From NCBI GenBank assembly GCA_030704615.1, contig CM060733.1:9424001-9488000 (forward strand): a DNA stretch of 64,000 nt, given 5' to 3'. The DNA comes from Takakia lepidozioides (lineage: Eukaryota > Plantae > Bryophyta). A program made the position numbers and the translations under genes. Of this stretch, positions 26,171 through 38,824 are shown piece after piece. Below the pieces are notes generated by a model. The model worked only from the letters and a program-made list of their open reading frames with translations. It had not been told where the DNA came from and searched no databases. The first letter of the stretch is position 1, and each line of letters opens with the position of its first letter.

Positions 26171-27246
26171 GGGATGCCTCGGCGTGAGCCTAGTCACGTG
26201 AGCGCGTGAGCGCAACTGCGCTCACGCCACGTCACCTTGCGCAAATGCCACGTCATGGGGCTCACTCCACATCATCACACGTGAAGGCCGCGTCACCACG
26301 CGCCCAAAAAGAAGTGGAGTGTATTCCCGCGGATTGGCACCCTTTACCGTGGAAACAAGCTGGACGACATAATAAAAGGCATTGAATAAAGGATGGATGA
26401 ATGTACAGTTGGATGATAAACAGATGAGTGTGAAAAATGAATGTAGATGGATGAATGAGGGATGGATAAGAGTAAAATGGATGAATGTATAATGGATGTT
26501 GAGCAATGACAAAAATTCATGACAGGAAGATGCATGACCAAAACTTTTGACGAATGCACAACGTATATGAAATGAGTGTGGAAGGTTTGTGGGGTGGATT
26601 AAAGAGTACAGAGGATGAATGTACAATGGATGTTGAACAAAGGAAAAAATTCATGAATGGAGCACGCATGAATACACTGTAAATGAATGCACAATGGATA
26701 TGAGAAGAGTCAGGGAGGTTTGTGAGATGGATTCATACATATTGCAATTTAAATGAAAGTTGATTCTGTGATTATTATTTGTTCTAAAGGAACAACTACG
26801 GTGGAGGAAGGGGATTCAACGTTTTCCAGATAGTATGAAAATGAATATTAAAAGAATACAGTTCAGTCTGACTCAAAGTCAGTACAATGTATCCCCGCTT
26901 CCTCTGCATCTAAGTCTATGTATTTTAGAACACCGGATCCACGCTGGATACACCTACGGCTGGCCACTAAAAAGTCAGGGGATAGGGACTCGGCCGCGTG
27001 AAGTGCCATTGCTTCGGCATAAACAGGAAGCAGAAAATTGGAAAGGGGGCTGTCGAAAACAGATTCGCCAGAAATGACTGTATCTCCTGAAGATCCACCG
27101 CTGCCTTTCCTGAAAGACAGTCTGAAAAAGTTATTACTGTAACTTTGATGTTATTGAGAAATTGAGTATGGCTCCCAAAGAGGGTTTAGCACTTACTCAC
27201 ATGAAAAGTCGTTGTCCACCTGCTTATCTTCGGGATCGTCATCATT

Positions 27247-30200
27247 TCAAATTTGAATCCGATCAGTCTGTGTGCCTGAAGTGGAGCCAGACAAAAGGGG
27301 GAGGAGCACTGTGTTGTAGAGGTCAGAATCATCCTCCATGCCAAAAATGCTTCTTCCGCCTGCCTTGCATGCATGGTAAGTTGCTCCTGCACCACACAGG
27401 AGGACATGAACAGTTTGGTGGGGGGGATTTAAGCAGATGAAACTGTTGAAAGAAAACCAATTCGGAAGGGAAAGAACGAACCTGTGGACACAAAAAGATC
27501 GACCACCCGTGCAGAGCGGTGGCTGCATGACTCCAGCAATTTTTGCATGAACGCTGGGGACTTTTCCTTTGCACCTCTCTAGGGAGTGCCATCTGGTCTC
27601 TTCAGAGTCTGACTGGACTGCATGAAGTTGTACAAAATGTCATCGACATGGGGCTCATAGGGGGGGTTGAAGAAACAACCCTGGTCAGAAATCTCAAAGC
27701 TGCGGATGGAGGATGGTGTCTTTGAGGTGCGAATCCTCCGCAGGCAGATCGCCTCGAACATCCTCGTCTGCCAAAGATAGCAGGTTAGTGTGGTAAACAC
27801 AATCTATAGTGGAAGTGTGTACATCGGCTATTCAGAACTCAGACACAAAAAAATCATTTTTATCACGAATCGGTGATGATCGTTGTCGATCATAACAGAT
27901 TCTACTAGAGTGGAGCTGCAGAGAACATTGAAACTCATCATGAAAGCACAAGCAGAAGGGAGACGGCATACCAGCTGACCAGGGAAACCCCTTTCACAAG
28001 GTAGAGGCTGTTCACACAATTCCATGTGCGCAAAACTTCAAACCCTGAAGACTTGAGGTATGATGCCAATGCCCGACGACTATCATTGTCACATGACTGA
28101 AAAAGCAGAAGTGTCCCTGCATCAGAGAGGAAGTTATTACAGAACCCGAACACCCAACTCCAGTAGTTGTCCTCGAATTTGTTCCAGCCTGGCGTCTTGC
28201 CCTTTGGAAGAACTTTTGGCACAGCCTGGCCATCCGGAATGTCGAGAATGACAATGTCGGCCGCATAAGTTTTCTGCACACCACACGAAGGTGGGACCTG
28301 TGCTCACCTACAACAGACATGTTTTTTATAAGAACGAAAGCAAGAATATTTTCAAAGAACGAGACTGAAATACTGCCAACGAAACTTTCAGAGAAAAAGG
28401 AAAGAAACTGAATTCTCACCAGATTGAGGAATGAGATTATATTGTCCCAGGTAGGCGATGGCACCCCAGTGTATCCTCTCTTTCGACTCTGCATCATCGA
28501 CAGCCAACCCTCATTAACAATTTTCATCTCTCCTGCCGAATCAGAACGGGAAGGGTGTGGCTTGGCATCGAACACGCACTGAACAGTGCGGGTATATCTT
28601 CCAGCAGTAAAGTCCTGCCCACTCTCCATCTCCTTTTCTTTCTCCTTCCCCTTGTCCTTTTCCTTCTCTTTGGACTTGTCTTTGTCCTTTGGCTTTGCTG
28701 GTGAGATGGCTATGACATCAACAGCCTTGTCTTTTGGTTTGCGGCCCGCCTTCTTTCCCTTCTGCGGCGTTCCCTGAGCATCAGGCTCCTTGGCAGCCAA
28801 TGTTGCTATGTTTTGTTGGTACTCTTTGTCAGTCAAAGGCGCCAGCATCTCAGCGTTATTGTTCAAGTATTTCATATGCTGTTCTTGAAAGGTCGTGTGC
28901 TCCGGTGGGCAGTCAAGGTACCACCCACAGTCTCTGAAGTGAGAAGGACTCCAGTCCTTCAATATCCCTGCAGTATACATGGTTGGATCGTTTGCAGGGT
29001 CCGACCACATGTCAAGATAGTCTGGAATTCCGCTCAGGTGATTTCCTTCCATAAGCACATATTTCGTGTACCTGAAAAAAGGAGATAAATCCCAACCCAC
29101 AAAAGCGCTCAGTGAGTAAGATGCAAGTAGAACAGAATGAAAAAAACATAGATTGAAATGGCTCTGAGAACTGCTCCAAGGACCTTTCAGGACCACACGA
29201 ATGCTCCAGATGTGAATGTCGTCAACGCCATTCAAAACATTCCATTCAATGATACTGTAAATACACCCTAATCCAGGTGAATGCAAACTATCGTTTTGGA
29301 ATGACACAGACATAGAAGTGAATGTCGTCAACGACATTCACTAATCAAGCCTAATTATTCCTCAAATGAAGCAAAATCACAAGATGGAAATCATAAACTC
29401 GAGTAAGAAACCCTCCAGGAAAACTCAATGCACATTCATAACGAACATATCACTGAGGACCTCACAACAACACTGTATGTGAATGGCGTCAACGCCATTC
29501 ACAAAAATACCAACAAGGAACACTTAGCTCCCAATCCATGTAAATTCAAATTGTCGCTGTTGAATAATACAGACACAGAAGTGAATGTCGTCAACGACAT
29601 TCACTTTGGATTTCTCATAACAGAGCTTATCAAGCCTCCAGATTCCTCGCAAGAGGCAAAAACAATGCAGAACAACTGAATGTCTGCATTGACATTCAGC
29701 AATATGAAGTGAGGAACCCTCACTGTAACCTCTATGGACATTACAAAAATTTACATAACTCTGAGGACCTCTCAACAACTCCGGATGTGAATGTCGTCAA
29801 CGCCATTCAAGGACATTATCAATTCTAATCAGGGACACTATAATTACACCCTTAGATCCTAACCAGGTGAATTCATATACTCGCTTAAGAATGACTCAGA
29901 CAAAGAAGTGAATGTCGTCAACGACATTCAATCTGGATCTATGATTGCAATCCTTATGAAGCCACATTTTTTCCCAAAAAAAGCAGTAGAGTTTCAAGTA
30001 TGACATTGCACCTGTACACAACTCGCATCATGGCCCACTCTCCTCCAACCTGACTGTCAAAGTCGTTGGACCGTAAAATGTTACCATCTTTGGAGAACTC
30101 CCGGAAAAAACAGTATCTCCAGGTGAGACCTCTCCACTTCCTTATGTATGCCTCCAATGACATTTGGGGAGGGGAAACAATCGAAATGTTCAGGTCCTTC

Positions 30201-32786
30201 AAAGTCTGATCCAGCACAATGACGGCGCGCTTTTCGAGCTGCAAATAGTATATTTGTCAGAATTGCAAATAAGATACTCATCACATACTTGAAGAGAAGA
30301 AAACGGCATGTTTGAATACACACCTGACTCCAAAATGTAGCCTTGTGGAGCCAGTTATCAAACACCAAATCACTGATTCCTTCCACCTTTGTGCCAGGCT
30401 GTATGGTGCTCTTTGGGAACTGATTCAAGTCCTTTACTGTTTGATCTGAGTTCCATATCTCCAGCCACCTTATTTTTGTTTGTGGGTCGACCATCGATAT
30501 GGCCAGCCGGTGCAATTTCTCCTGCTGCATCTCCGGATGCACATGCTTGTCATAGTGTGTTTTGATCTGCTGAAGGAACTCAGGACCAAGTCCAGGATCT
30601 ACTATTCTAAGCTGCTTTCCGAAGGCGGACATCAATTTGGTTCTTCGCATTTCAAACTCCTTCTTTATTGCAGCTTCCACACCCTTTGATGTCCTTAGTT
30701 CCTCTGGTGTAGTGCGGTAATATTCGGATTTTCCCTTCTCAGCTGCCTCTGCCAGTTCTTGCTGCATTGATTCAAGTAGTGATTAGCTCCGAAGGGACTA
30801 CAAACATGTATTCAAAAAGTAAACAGAGTACAGACTCGGGCTTACCGCATACATGTACTCCAGAAACGCCTCTCGTGTCAAAGAATACCAAGTGCCTGCA
30901 GCTCTTCCTGTTTCGCACTTCTTGATGATATTGGGTGGTAGTACTGTCCGAAAATCATCCAGCTTCATCAGACCAATCCTCTGAATTCGGAATAGTGTGT
31001 GAACCAAGCTTGTTGTCACATGCGATTTCTCTGTCGATCTGCAAAAACATTGGAAACATTGCATTCCTTAACACTGTTTTTTGAGGATTAATAAGACACT
31101 ACAAGGGAATGAAATCTCCTGGATGACTTACTTGTTCACATCGTGCATAGCTGTAAGAAGCCTAGCGATGTCGTTTCCAGGATCCAAAACCATTGCCTCC
31201 ACAACAACATGCTTGTCTTTGTCTTTCGCATGGTGTTTCTGAATGTATCCCATCCATGCCAGCAATCGGTGGTTGCCGTCCCAGACGTAGAACATGTGGT
31301 TGCAGAATTGCTGGGTGTTCTTTCCCATCATGAGGCCCAGCTCGAACTCCTCATTGGCATCTTTCCAGCACTCATCCCAGTTATCACTGATCTCTGGAGA
31401 CACTAATGTGCTTTTCCCATTTATATCCGTCAGTGACACATAAAAAACTTGTGCACCAAGTTATATCCATGCACAAAATCACTCTCCAATTTTGTTATGT
31501 CATGGGAAAGAGGTGGACGCACAACAGGCATTGATATCATCCGGCACAGAGGGATGTCCAGACGCCCTCCAGATACGAGCATGTCCCTTATAACCTCCTG
31601 AGAGTTTACCTTCTGGAATGACATGAGTTCTTTCACCTTGTCAAGGTAGTGCACTTCAGATTCATCTGCTTCATCTGTATTCTCTGAGCTTTTTGCGGAC
31701 TCGTCCCCATCTCCAGATCCTTTCCCCTCTGATCCTGTAGGCTTCGACCTCACAGTTTTCTGCACGATGCCATTCAGTTCTGACTAAGTAATTTGCAAAT
31801 AGTGAATGGCGGTAACGACCATCACTCTGTCTCAAAGAAACTCACTATGAATGGTGTGAAACAATTCAGCACAATCTACACAAGCAAAGCTGATACTGCC
31901 GTATTCAAAACAAAAGCGAGAGCGATAGCGAACGGCGTTAACGACAATCACAAAAGATAACGACCTGCCGGATCGGTGTTGTGTAATGACATCTATGTGC
32001 AAGTGATTGGCAGCAACGACATTCAGTATAGTTTAGGGCGGACAGTAAGTGCAGATTATTCAGATTGACTCCACTGTGATTACCGTCGCCAGCATGGGAA
32101 GAGGAAGGACTGCTTGAAAGGCGTATGGTCTGAACAACGATGATTGACGGTATGCCGACCCTCACTCTCTCTTCAAACACATAGGTACATAAATCTCATG
32201 AGGAGAATCGAATGGCGTTAACGACGCTCGCAATTCAGTAGTTCCTGCTAAAGAAGGGAAGAGGAAGGACTCCTTGAAAGGCAATCAGACAGACTGTATG
32301 ATCTGAACAACAGTGAATGACTGTACCGATAGTCACCCACTCATTGTGCGGTAAACCCTTAGCAAAGGAGTAGAAAGCAAATCACCTTTGTGATGGTCGG
32401 CAGCGACAATCCCTGTCTGGGACATTCCACTCAATCTCTACGCATATCTTCAACAATGAAATGTAAGTTAGATAAAACTTACTGGCACCTTCTTAGGTTT
32501 TGAAATTGGATCCCCTTCTGCAGCTTTCCTCTTCCCTCTCACATCTGCTGGAATTTCTGTCTGCTCTAGGGTTTCTGGACCTTCTCCCGGTTCGGCGTTC
32601 CGCGTTCCGCGTGCTTCCACCTCCTTCAGTGTCCCTGCGAATCATCTCTGCCTCCACAGGCTGGCGCACTCTTATCGCCGACTGTGTCACAGCCGCTGCC
32701 TCAGTCTCCGTCTGCTCTTCCGAATCAGTCTCCGCGTTCACCTGCTGCCTTGGCCCTGTGTTCTCCAACAAACGACGCCTCGTCAT
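27247..32786 (-). pseudogene. Spliced ParB/Srx-like + beta-class amino-methyltransferase-like fusion gene, copy 2 (several frameshifts and stops)
   Basis: About 9 exons (approx 32786-32483, 31759-31132, 31038-30846, ~30797-30324, 30238-30012, 29071-28420, ~28307-27972, 27767-27482, 27386-27247). ParB-like IPLCRM..VRP...FYVWDGNHRLLAW. MTase motif IV-like IVILDIPDG, then P*RGAKEKSPAFMQKLLESCS..ARVVDLFVSTG|ATYHACKAGGRSIFGMEDD (motifs X-I-II). Confidence 0.75.
29212..29931. repeat. Intronic array of 24-bp palindromes GTGAATG(T/G)CGT-CA-ACG(A/C)CATTCAC
   Basis: Six copies at 29212, 29318, 29479, 29581, 29787 and 29908, plus a variant at 29676. Arranged as three degenerate ~270-310-bp units within intron 29072-30011. 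Confidence 0.9.
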
Positions 32787-33636
32787 TTGCTCTCTTGCTC
32801 TGCGTCTCTCTCTAAGGGAAGTAAAATAAAGAGACTTTCTTCTCTTTCGTATTGTAGAAGGAACCCTCTCCAGCTTGACTACCACTCTCTCTCTAAGCGC
32901 GAAAAGTAGAAAAACGCAGTGACTCCCGATTTCTTGCGGGATTGCCTGCGTTCGTGTCTCTAGAAGCATCGGATTCCCTCTCGCGTGACCGTTACACATA
33001 GTCGTTCCCTTATTAGTGCACATGCCAGCAATTGGTGTACAGCTTCGTATTCAGTTATGGATGTCTGACGTGTGTCGCCCAAAATAAACGGCGTGTTCTT
33101 TATTAGAACGGTTTCAATATTTAAAAATAACAGCGAATCCCAGAAATCTTGGCGCACAGTCTTACACAAATAAATGTAAATGAACGAGAGTTTGATGACA
33201 AATCTTGGAATATCATACACGGTCATCCTTGTTAGCCAAACCCCACATTCGTTTCACATTTGGAACTTTCCAGGTGCGCATGATCATTGGTAGTAGTATA
33301 AAGATACATTTACTTAATCTGCAATCCCATCCTCAGATCCTGTGGCATGCTTCCAGGAAGTCGGCTTTGTTATTGGGTTTATTGATGAGGTTCTGGTTAA
33401 CGGTTTAACAGCTGCCGACACTGCTCCTAGGGATACTCTGACCACTGGGCCCACAAGAAAAGTAATTAAAATGGACGGCTGCATATCTGGAAAGAATAAC
33501 ATAATATGCACAGTCGTTGTCTGAGCTTCCTCCGCCATATTCTCTGCTCATTCTTCAACTGTGTTCTGGAGACATCAGTAAACCGATTTACACTAGATCT
33601 GCGATAGCAAGGTACAAACGTACGCGAGGAAGGAAG

Positions 33637-36600
33637 ATGGCTTCCTCTGAAGCGGAGTTCTTCTCTGACGACAAACCAGTGCCGTTCTCCCAGGAAGTCC
33701 TTGACAATGGATTTGCAATTGTTCTGGAACATGTCTTGGCTACCCGTTTTCAGCTGCAGAATGGCTCCATCTTTTTGGAGAAAGAGGTGTACGATCTTAA
33801 AGGGAAGTTGTTGAAATACTCTTTCCAAAACCGTGATGAGACGGCTCATATCAGCCAGTGGAGAGTGCGTCCTGGTCGATACAGAGTACTTGGAGAGCCT
33901 CGGCGAAAGTCCCTTGGGTCATATGTGACGCCCGGGACTGCTGCTTCGGTCGTTGAAGACAAGAGGGAGGTGGTGGTGAAAAAAGAACAGACGTCCTCCA
34001 CTCCAATCGTTGAGCTTTCGGATTCTTCCGATGATGACATAAGTGAAATTCCAAATCCAGTCCTTCCTACTGTGGTTGGAGAAGCTGATGAAGAAGAGAT
34101 TTGTAGTGTCATTCCAAAATTGCGGGCGATGGGAGGAATGGCTGGATTCAAAAGTGAGTTGGGGGAATTGATTGGGAATCTTTGAAGCAGGTGCCTGTGA
34201 AGTTCTTGCCGGAGACTTTTGATGGCGATATCCTATTCGAGCTGCCTCCTCCTCCGCGAGTTGGAGGTGTAACAATCATGATGCATGGAATGGACAAAAA
34301 ACACGACGGGCACCCGTGGTGCAGAACAAAAACATCAAATATTCAGAATGATGACAAGCTTGTTTTCAGGAGGACAGTTTGCAATGGACACCTTAGGTGT
34401 GATAATTTGAATTGCAGACACTTTCTTCAGTCTGGGGTTCATAATCAAAGCGAATGGGAGGGTCTGGCGGAAAATCCATTTCAGCCTGGGACTGCCCCTC
34501 CACCGACAAACACTTTCGTCTGCAAATTCTGCAAACTTGTGCCATCCTGCTTGGCGCTCTGCGGAGCAAGAATGTACTATGTTGTCCACCGTTTGAAAAC
34601 AATGACAAGAGCTTGTGTGCATTTCGGATTCCATAACCATCCTGTCTCGAAGGGGGATTACAGGGAGAGTGTTGAGACAGTATCGAGGTTGATTAAACAG
34701 GAGTTTGGGAGAAACCCTTCCTCAACAACATCTGCAATTGCTCTTGGCGCAAGCAAGTCCTTCTTGGAAAGCCATATTTTGAGTGAAGGGGATTCTGTGG
34801 GGACTAAACTTGACGGTGCAGCATTGGACCTGGTCATGGATCATTTCTCCACTTTAAGTTCACCGAACATTCGACATCAGATCAATGCATTGAGAATGGG
34901 CTCTGGGATCAGAGGCTACATAGACAATATTTTGGAATTGAAACGAGTGAGCAAGTACGATTACATCCAGGACAATGTATTCCCAGGTCAAGGTGCCATC
35001 AAAGTTTTTCTTTTCAAAATGTCGACTGTTGGGGAGGGCAGTGGGGTTAGCCTCGTGAAGCGGATGCAGAAGACTGGGGACTTGCAGAACTGTTTTCTTA
35101 TGTTTGATCATGTGAAACGAGTGAAGGATTGGACAACAATGGCTTGTCATGTCTACGATCCAGTGTACCAACGAGTTATGACAATTGCAGTTTGTGACAT
35201 GCAATCCGAGGATACGGAATCCCAGAAGCTCATGTGGAATTCCCTGATACGTGCCATGGGCTGCCATCTCCAAATTTCGCAGGTTTCATGGCGGATAGTG
35301 CTCAAGCAAATTTCAATGCTGTTTGTATTGTCTTCGGATCGGGCGACCCAAAAGTTCCAATGCGAGGAAGAGAGCGTACATGTCTATTCCATTGGACACA
35401 ATCTCTGGAAAAACATACAAAGTCGGACATCAAACCAGAGATGCAGACTCAGCACCGTAAATTGTGCAAAGAGTACAAAGATGCTAGAACAATGAAGGAG
35501 GCGGACACTTTGTTCCAGACAATTCGTGCCTGGTGGTTCTCTTCTGGAGCTGCATCACTTGAGAGTATGAGAGCATTGGAAGATTGGCTGGCGTTTTGGC
35601 ACTTCCGGTATAGACAGTGGGGAGCAGCAATGTCATTGGTACGAGGCTTATATTTATTGCTTTTTCATACATTTGCTTTCCATTTTATTGTGTCCTCGCT
35701 TTCTTTATGTTGTTTTCTGTTCACTGTTTTGAAGTGTGGTTCTGCACTAACATGTCCATTGAGGAAATGGCGGACATGCCATCTTGCAATTTGGCAGAAA
35801 CTGTGCACAACGCATGGTTGCAGCAGTCTGGGAAATGAGGTCGGGATTTGTATGTGGCAACAACAGATGATTTGATACGTGCCTTGCAACAACAAACCCG
35901 ATACCGTGATTTCTTACGAGGTGGGGTTGGTGGCAAGGTCCGGACAAATGGGAGTTGATGTTGTGTGCTGCAAACAGATCTGGGGATCCAATCAAGATAG
36001 CACGGGCGGTGAGCATGTATGCCCAGGGAACGCCACTTGTTTCTAGAGTTCCACATCTTGAAGGGGAGGAGAGATTCGGCTCCTGTAAGAGGAAATTGAA
36101 CACTCCACCTGGTTCGGATTCAGATTCCCACAGGGCAGACCGTGATAACTTCTCGAAGCCTCGTGTTCCCCTGCATGACAGCTCCATGTCCGGAACCTCC
36201 ATTGTGGATGAACCTCCAACACGACGGCAAGCTCCAGCATCAAACAGTGCCACTGAAATGGTGCAGGAGAGAAACAACCCCCTTGATGTGCTTGAGTCCG
36301 CATGCCCCGACCACGTTTGGCACATAGAACGCACAAGTGTAGGGTCTCGTGTGAAATGTACAGCGATCAGGGCAACTAATTTCGAGAAGTGCACTTCATC
36401 TATATCCAGAGGTGGTGCCCGAACTCCTGCTCCAACTTTCACGGGCTTGATGCGTCCATACGGTCAACCAGAAGCCAAGAACCACAAGTTCTGGTTCTGC
36501 GCAATGATTGTGCCAGATGTGTGCATGGAACTGTGCGTCCTTCCGTAGTGATGAAGCCATCTCCTCCAACCGTTTGGCCCGTGAAGGTGGGAACACATCT

Positions 36601-37083
36601 CAGCTTTCAGGAGATTGAAATGCTGGAGGAGGCAGGTTTTTCCCTTGCGAGACAACCCCAACTCCATGCATGTGCTACTACTTCTGCGTCCTCCCGACAA
36701 ATCCTGACTTGTGGCCAACCAAACGAGTTGGAAAGCTCGTTCGACGTTTCCCTCCAACCGCTGAACACTTTGGCAAAGTGGAGTCCGCAAGAATGCTCCA
36801 AGTTCGTGTTGGAAGCACCACGGAAGTACCCGATCCAGGATATGGTCGGGTATTCACAATCATCACTTCCACATCTGCTGTTCATGACAGGACCTACGAC
36901 ATCACAGTTTCCAATTTCCCCAATTGCACATGTCCTGATTTTGTGAATATGCTATCAACTAGTTTGGGCAAGAGAGGTAAATTCATACCCTGTAAACATT
37001 TGTATTTCATATTTTTGAAGAGGATGGTTTGCGATCCCAAACGTGACAACTTCATTCACCAGGCCACTATGAGTTTCAACGAG
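33637..37083 (+). pseudogene. MULE-type transposase with GCM/WRKY-like Zn domain and C-terminal SWIM finger (frameshifted, 3' truncated)
   Basis: DGHPWCRTKTSN..CNGHLRCDNLNC..CKFC..C..H.G.HNHP; MFDHVKR..CDMQSED..FMADSAQANFNAV..CLFHWTQ (MULE D, D, CxxH); SWIM CTCPDF..PCKHLYF. Probable intron near 35638-35740. Confidence 0.8.
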
Positions 37084-37084
37084 G

Positions 37085-37545
37085 ACCACAGACCAGCACA
37101 GGCCCACACAGCTCATTGGTCACAGCCGTCACAGTCCCACAGGCCACTGGGCACAGCCTGTCACATCCCGTCACAGCCCCGCACAGCCCGTCACAGCTCG
37201 TCACAGCCCCACAAACCACTGGGCACAGCCCGTCACAGCCCCACAGGCCACTGGGCACAGCCTGTCACAGCCCCTCACAGCCCGTCACAGCCCCAAAGGC
37301 CTCAGGCACGGCCTGACACAGCCCCTCACAGCCCATCACAGCCCTAAAGGCCATAGGCACAGCCCCAAAAGGCCACCGGCACAGCCCCTCACAGCCCATC
37401 ACAGCCCCCAAGGCCTCAGGCACGGCATGTCACATCCCCTCACAGCCCCTCACAGCCCCAAAGGCCACGCACAGCCTGTCACAGCCCCTCACAGCCCCAA
37501 AGGCCTCAGGCACGGCCTGTCACAGCCCCTCACAGCCCCTCCATG
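37085..37545 (+). repeat. CACAGCCC minisatellite
   Basis: Dozens of GTCACAGCCC / CACAGGCCACTGGG units abutting the truncated SWIM ORF. Confidence 0.85.
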
Positions 37546-38029
37546 GCCGCTCTGGCAGTTTAGCCATTTCTCCAAGGAGTTTAGCCTTGCCAAGCTAGGG
37601 TTCGTGTCTCTTGGACTCTAGGCTTCTTTCCACCGAGCTATGGCGGCTGTGAGGAAATCAGCAAGGTATTCTTGCTCTTTCGGCTCCCACACACCACCAT
37701 AGTAGCCCTAAGCCATGAGGTGGTTGCCACAAACCAAGCCTTCTTTCTCACTTAGCCTCCCCAAACACGCCACTAAACTCAATGGCAAACAACCAAGCCC
37801 TGCTGGTTCCCAGCCCTTGTGAGCACTCATTCAAGCACTCTCCTTGGCCATAGCATCTGTCTTAGAGCCTATTCCAGCCCCCTACACCTGCTGCTTCAAG
37901 AGTTGCGCTCCCTTCAAGCTTGAAGTTGAAACCCCAACTCACATAGGCCCTACAAGTGCTTTTCTTTCACTCCAAGTGGAAACCAGCCCTAGACCTTCCG
38001 TTCTAGCTCTCTAAATCTTGAAAACAAGA

Positions 38030-38400
38030 GCCTCAATGGGCTGAAGGCATGCTCCACACATGCCCCACCCTCACCATAAGAGAATCAGCTCCTTTGCTTC
38101 ATTTCTTGCACCCACAAACCTGAAAATACAAGCTTCAGCAGGCTGAAAGCATGCTCCACATGCCCTACAGGGAAACCAGCCCTTCCTTCCTTTCTTGCAC
38201 TCCCACACCTGAAAGTGCAAGCCTTCACCAGGCTGATAGCATGCTCCACACATGCATTGCCCTCACATAAGGGAAGTCAGCCCTTCCCTCTTCCTTGCTT
38301 GCCCTCCAAGCTTGAAGATGGAAGCTTCAATGAGCTGAATACATGCTCCACACATGCAACCTCTTCACACAAGAGATATCAGCCCCCTATCTTGGCTCTT
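38030..38400 (+). repeat. Degenerate ~95-bp tandem repeat (core GCTGAAxxCATGCTCCACACATGC)
   Basis: Four cores near 38048, 38150, 38240 and 38342. Confidence 0.7.
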
Positions 38401-38824
38401 TGGCTCCTTGATGCTCTCTAAGACAAGACTAAGCACTCCACAGCCTTTGCCAAGCTCCTGAAACCCTAAGGCTTACATTTCCAGCCACAAGACACTTCTC
38501 TTGTGGTGCAAGAGCTCTTCTTCCAAGCTCTGAAACCCTAGGTGCACATTCCATGGCCTTGCCGCACCTCTTAGCTCGTGTTCCAGCCCTGCTCTTGCCA
38601 TGACAAAAGCCCTCTCAATGCTGAAGCTCGAGATTGAAACCCAATCTCACCATACTCCACAAAGTGCAGTGATTTGCCCCAAGCCAAATCAGCCCTTTCG
38701 CTTGGTCTTGCAATCCTTCACACAATGAAAGCTCGCATTCCCAAGTCCAATTCTCAGCTTTGCCACCAAAGCCACTATAACCTGCTCTTGACTGGTCCTC
38801 TTCCCAATCGTGCTTGCTCAACGA

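Larger units (their letters stand above)
26171..37083. mobile_element. Mutator-like (MULE) DNA transposon carrying a ParB-MTase cargo gene, copy 2; right end lost
   Basis: Left end GGGATGCCTCGGCGTGAGCC with hairpins and the TGACGTGGCGTGAGC motif, matching 3170-3308 at the same position relative to the MTase gene. Divergent MTase and transposase genes inside. Confidence 0.65.

Noticed and set aside
29212-29931. CRISPR array
   Set aside because: Spacers are long, unequal and homologous to each other in alternation; no cas genes; lies in a spliceosomal intron.
38071-38253. CGAC-repeat zinc-binding protein
   Set aside because: Explained by a degenerate non-coding ~95-bp repeat; the frame is not maintained across units.
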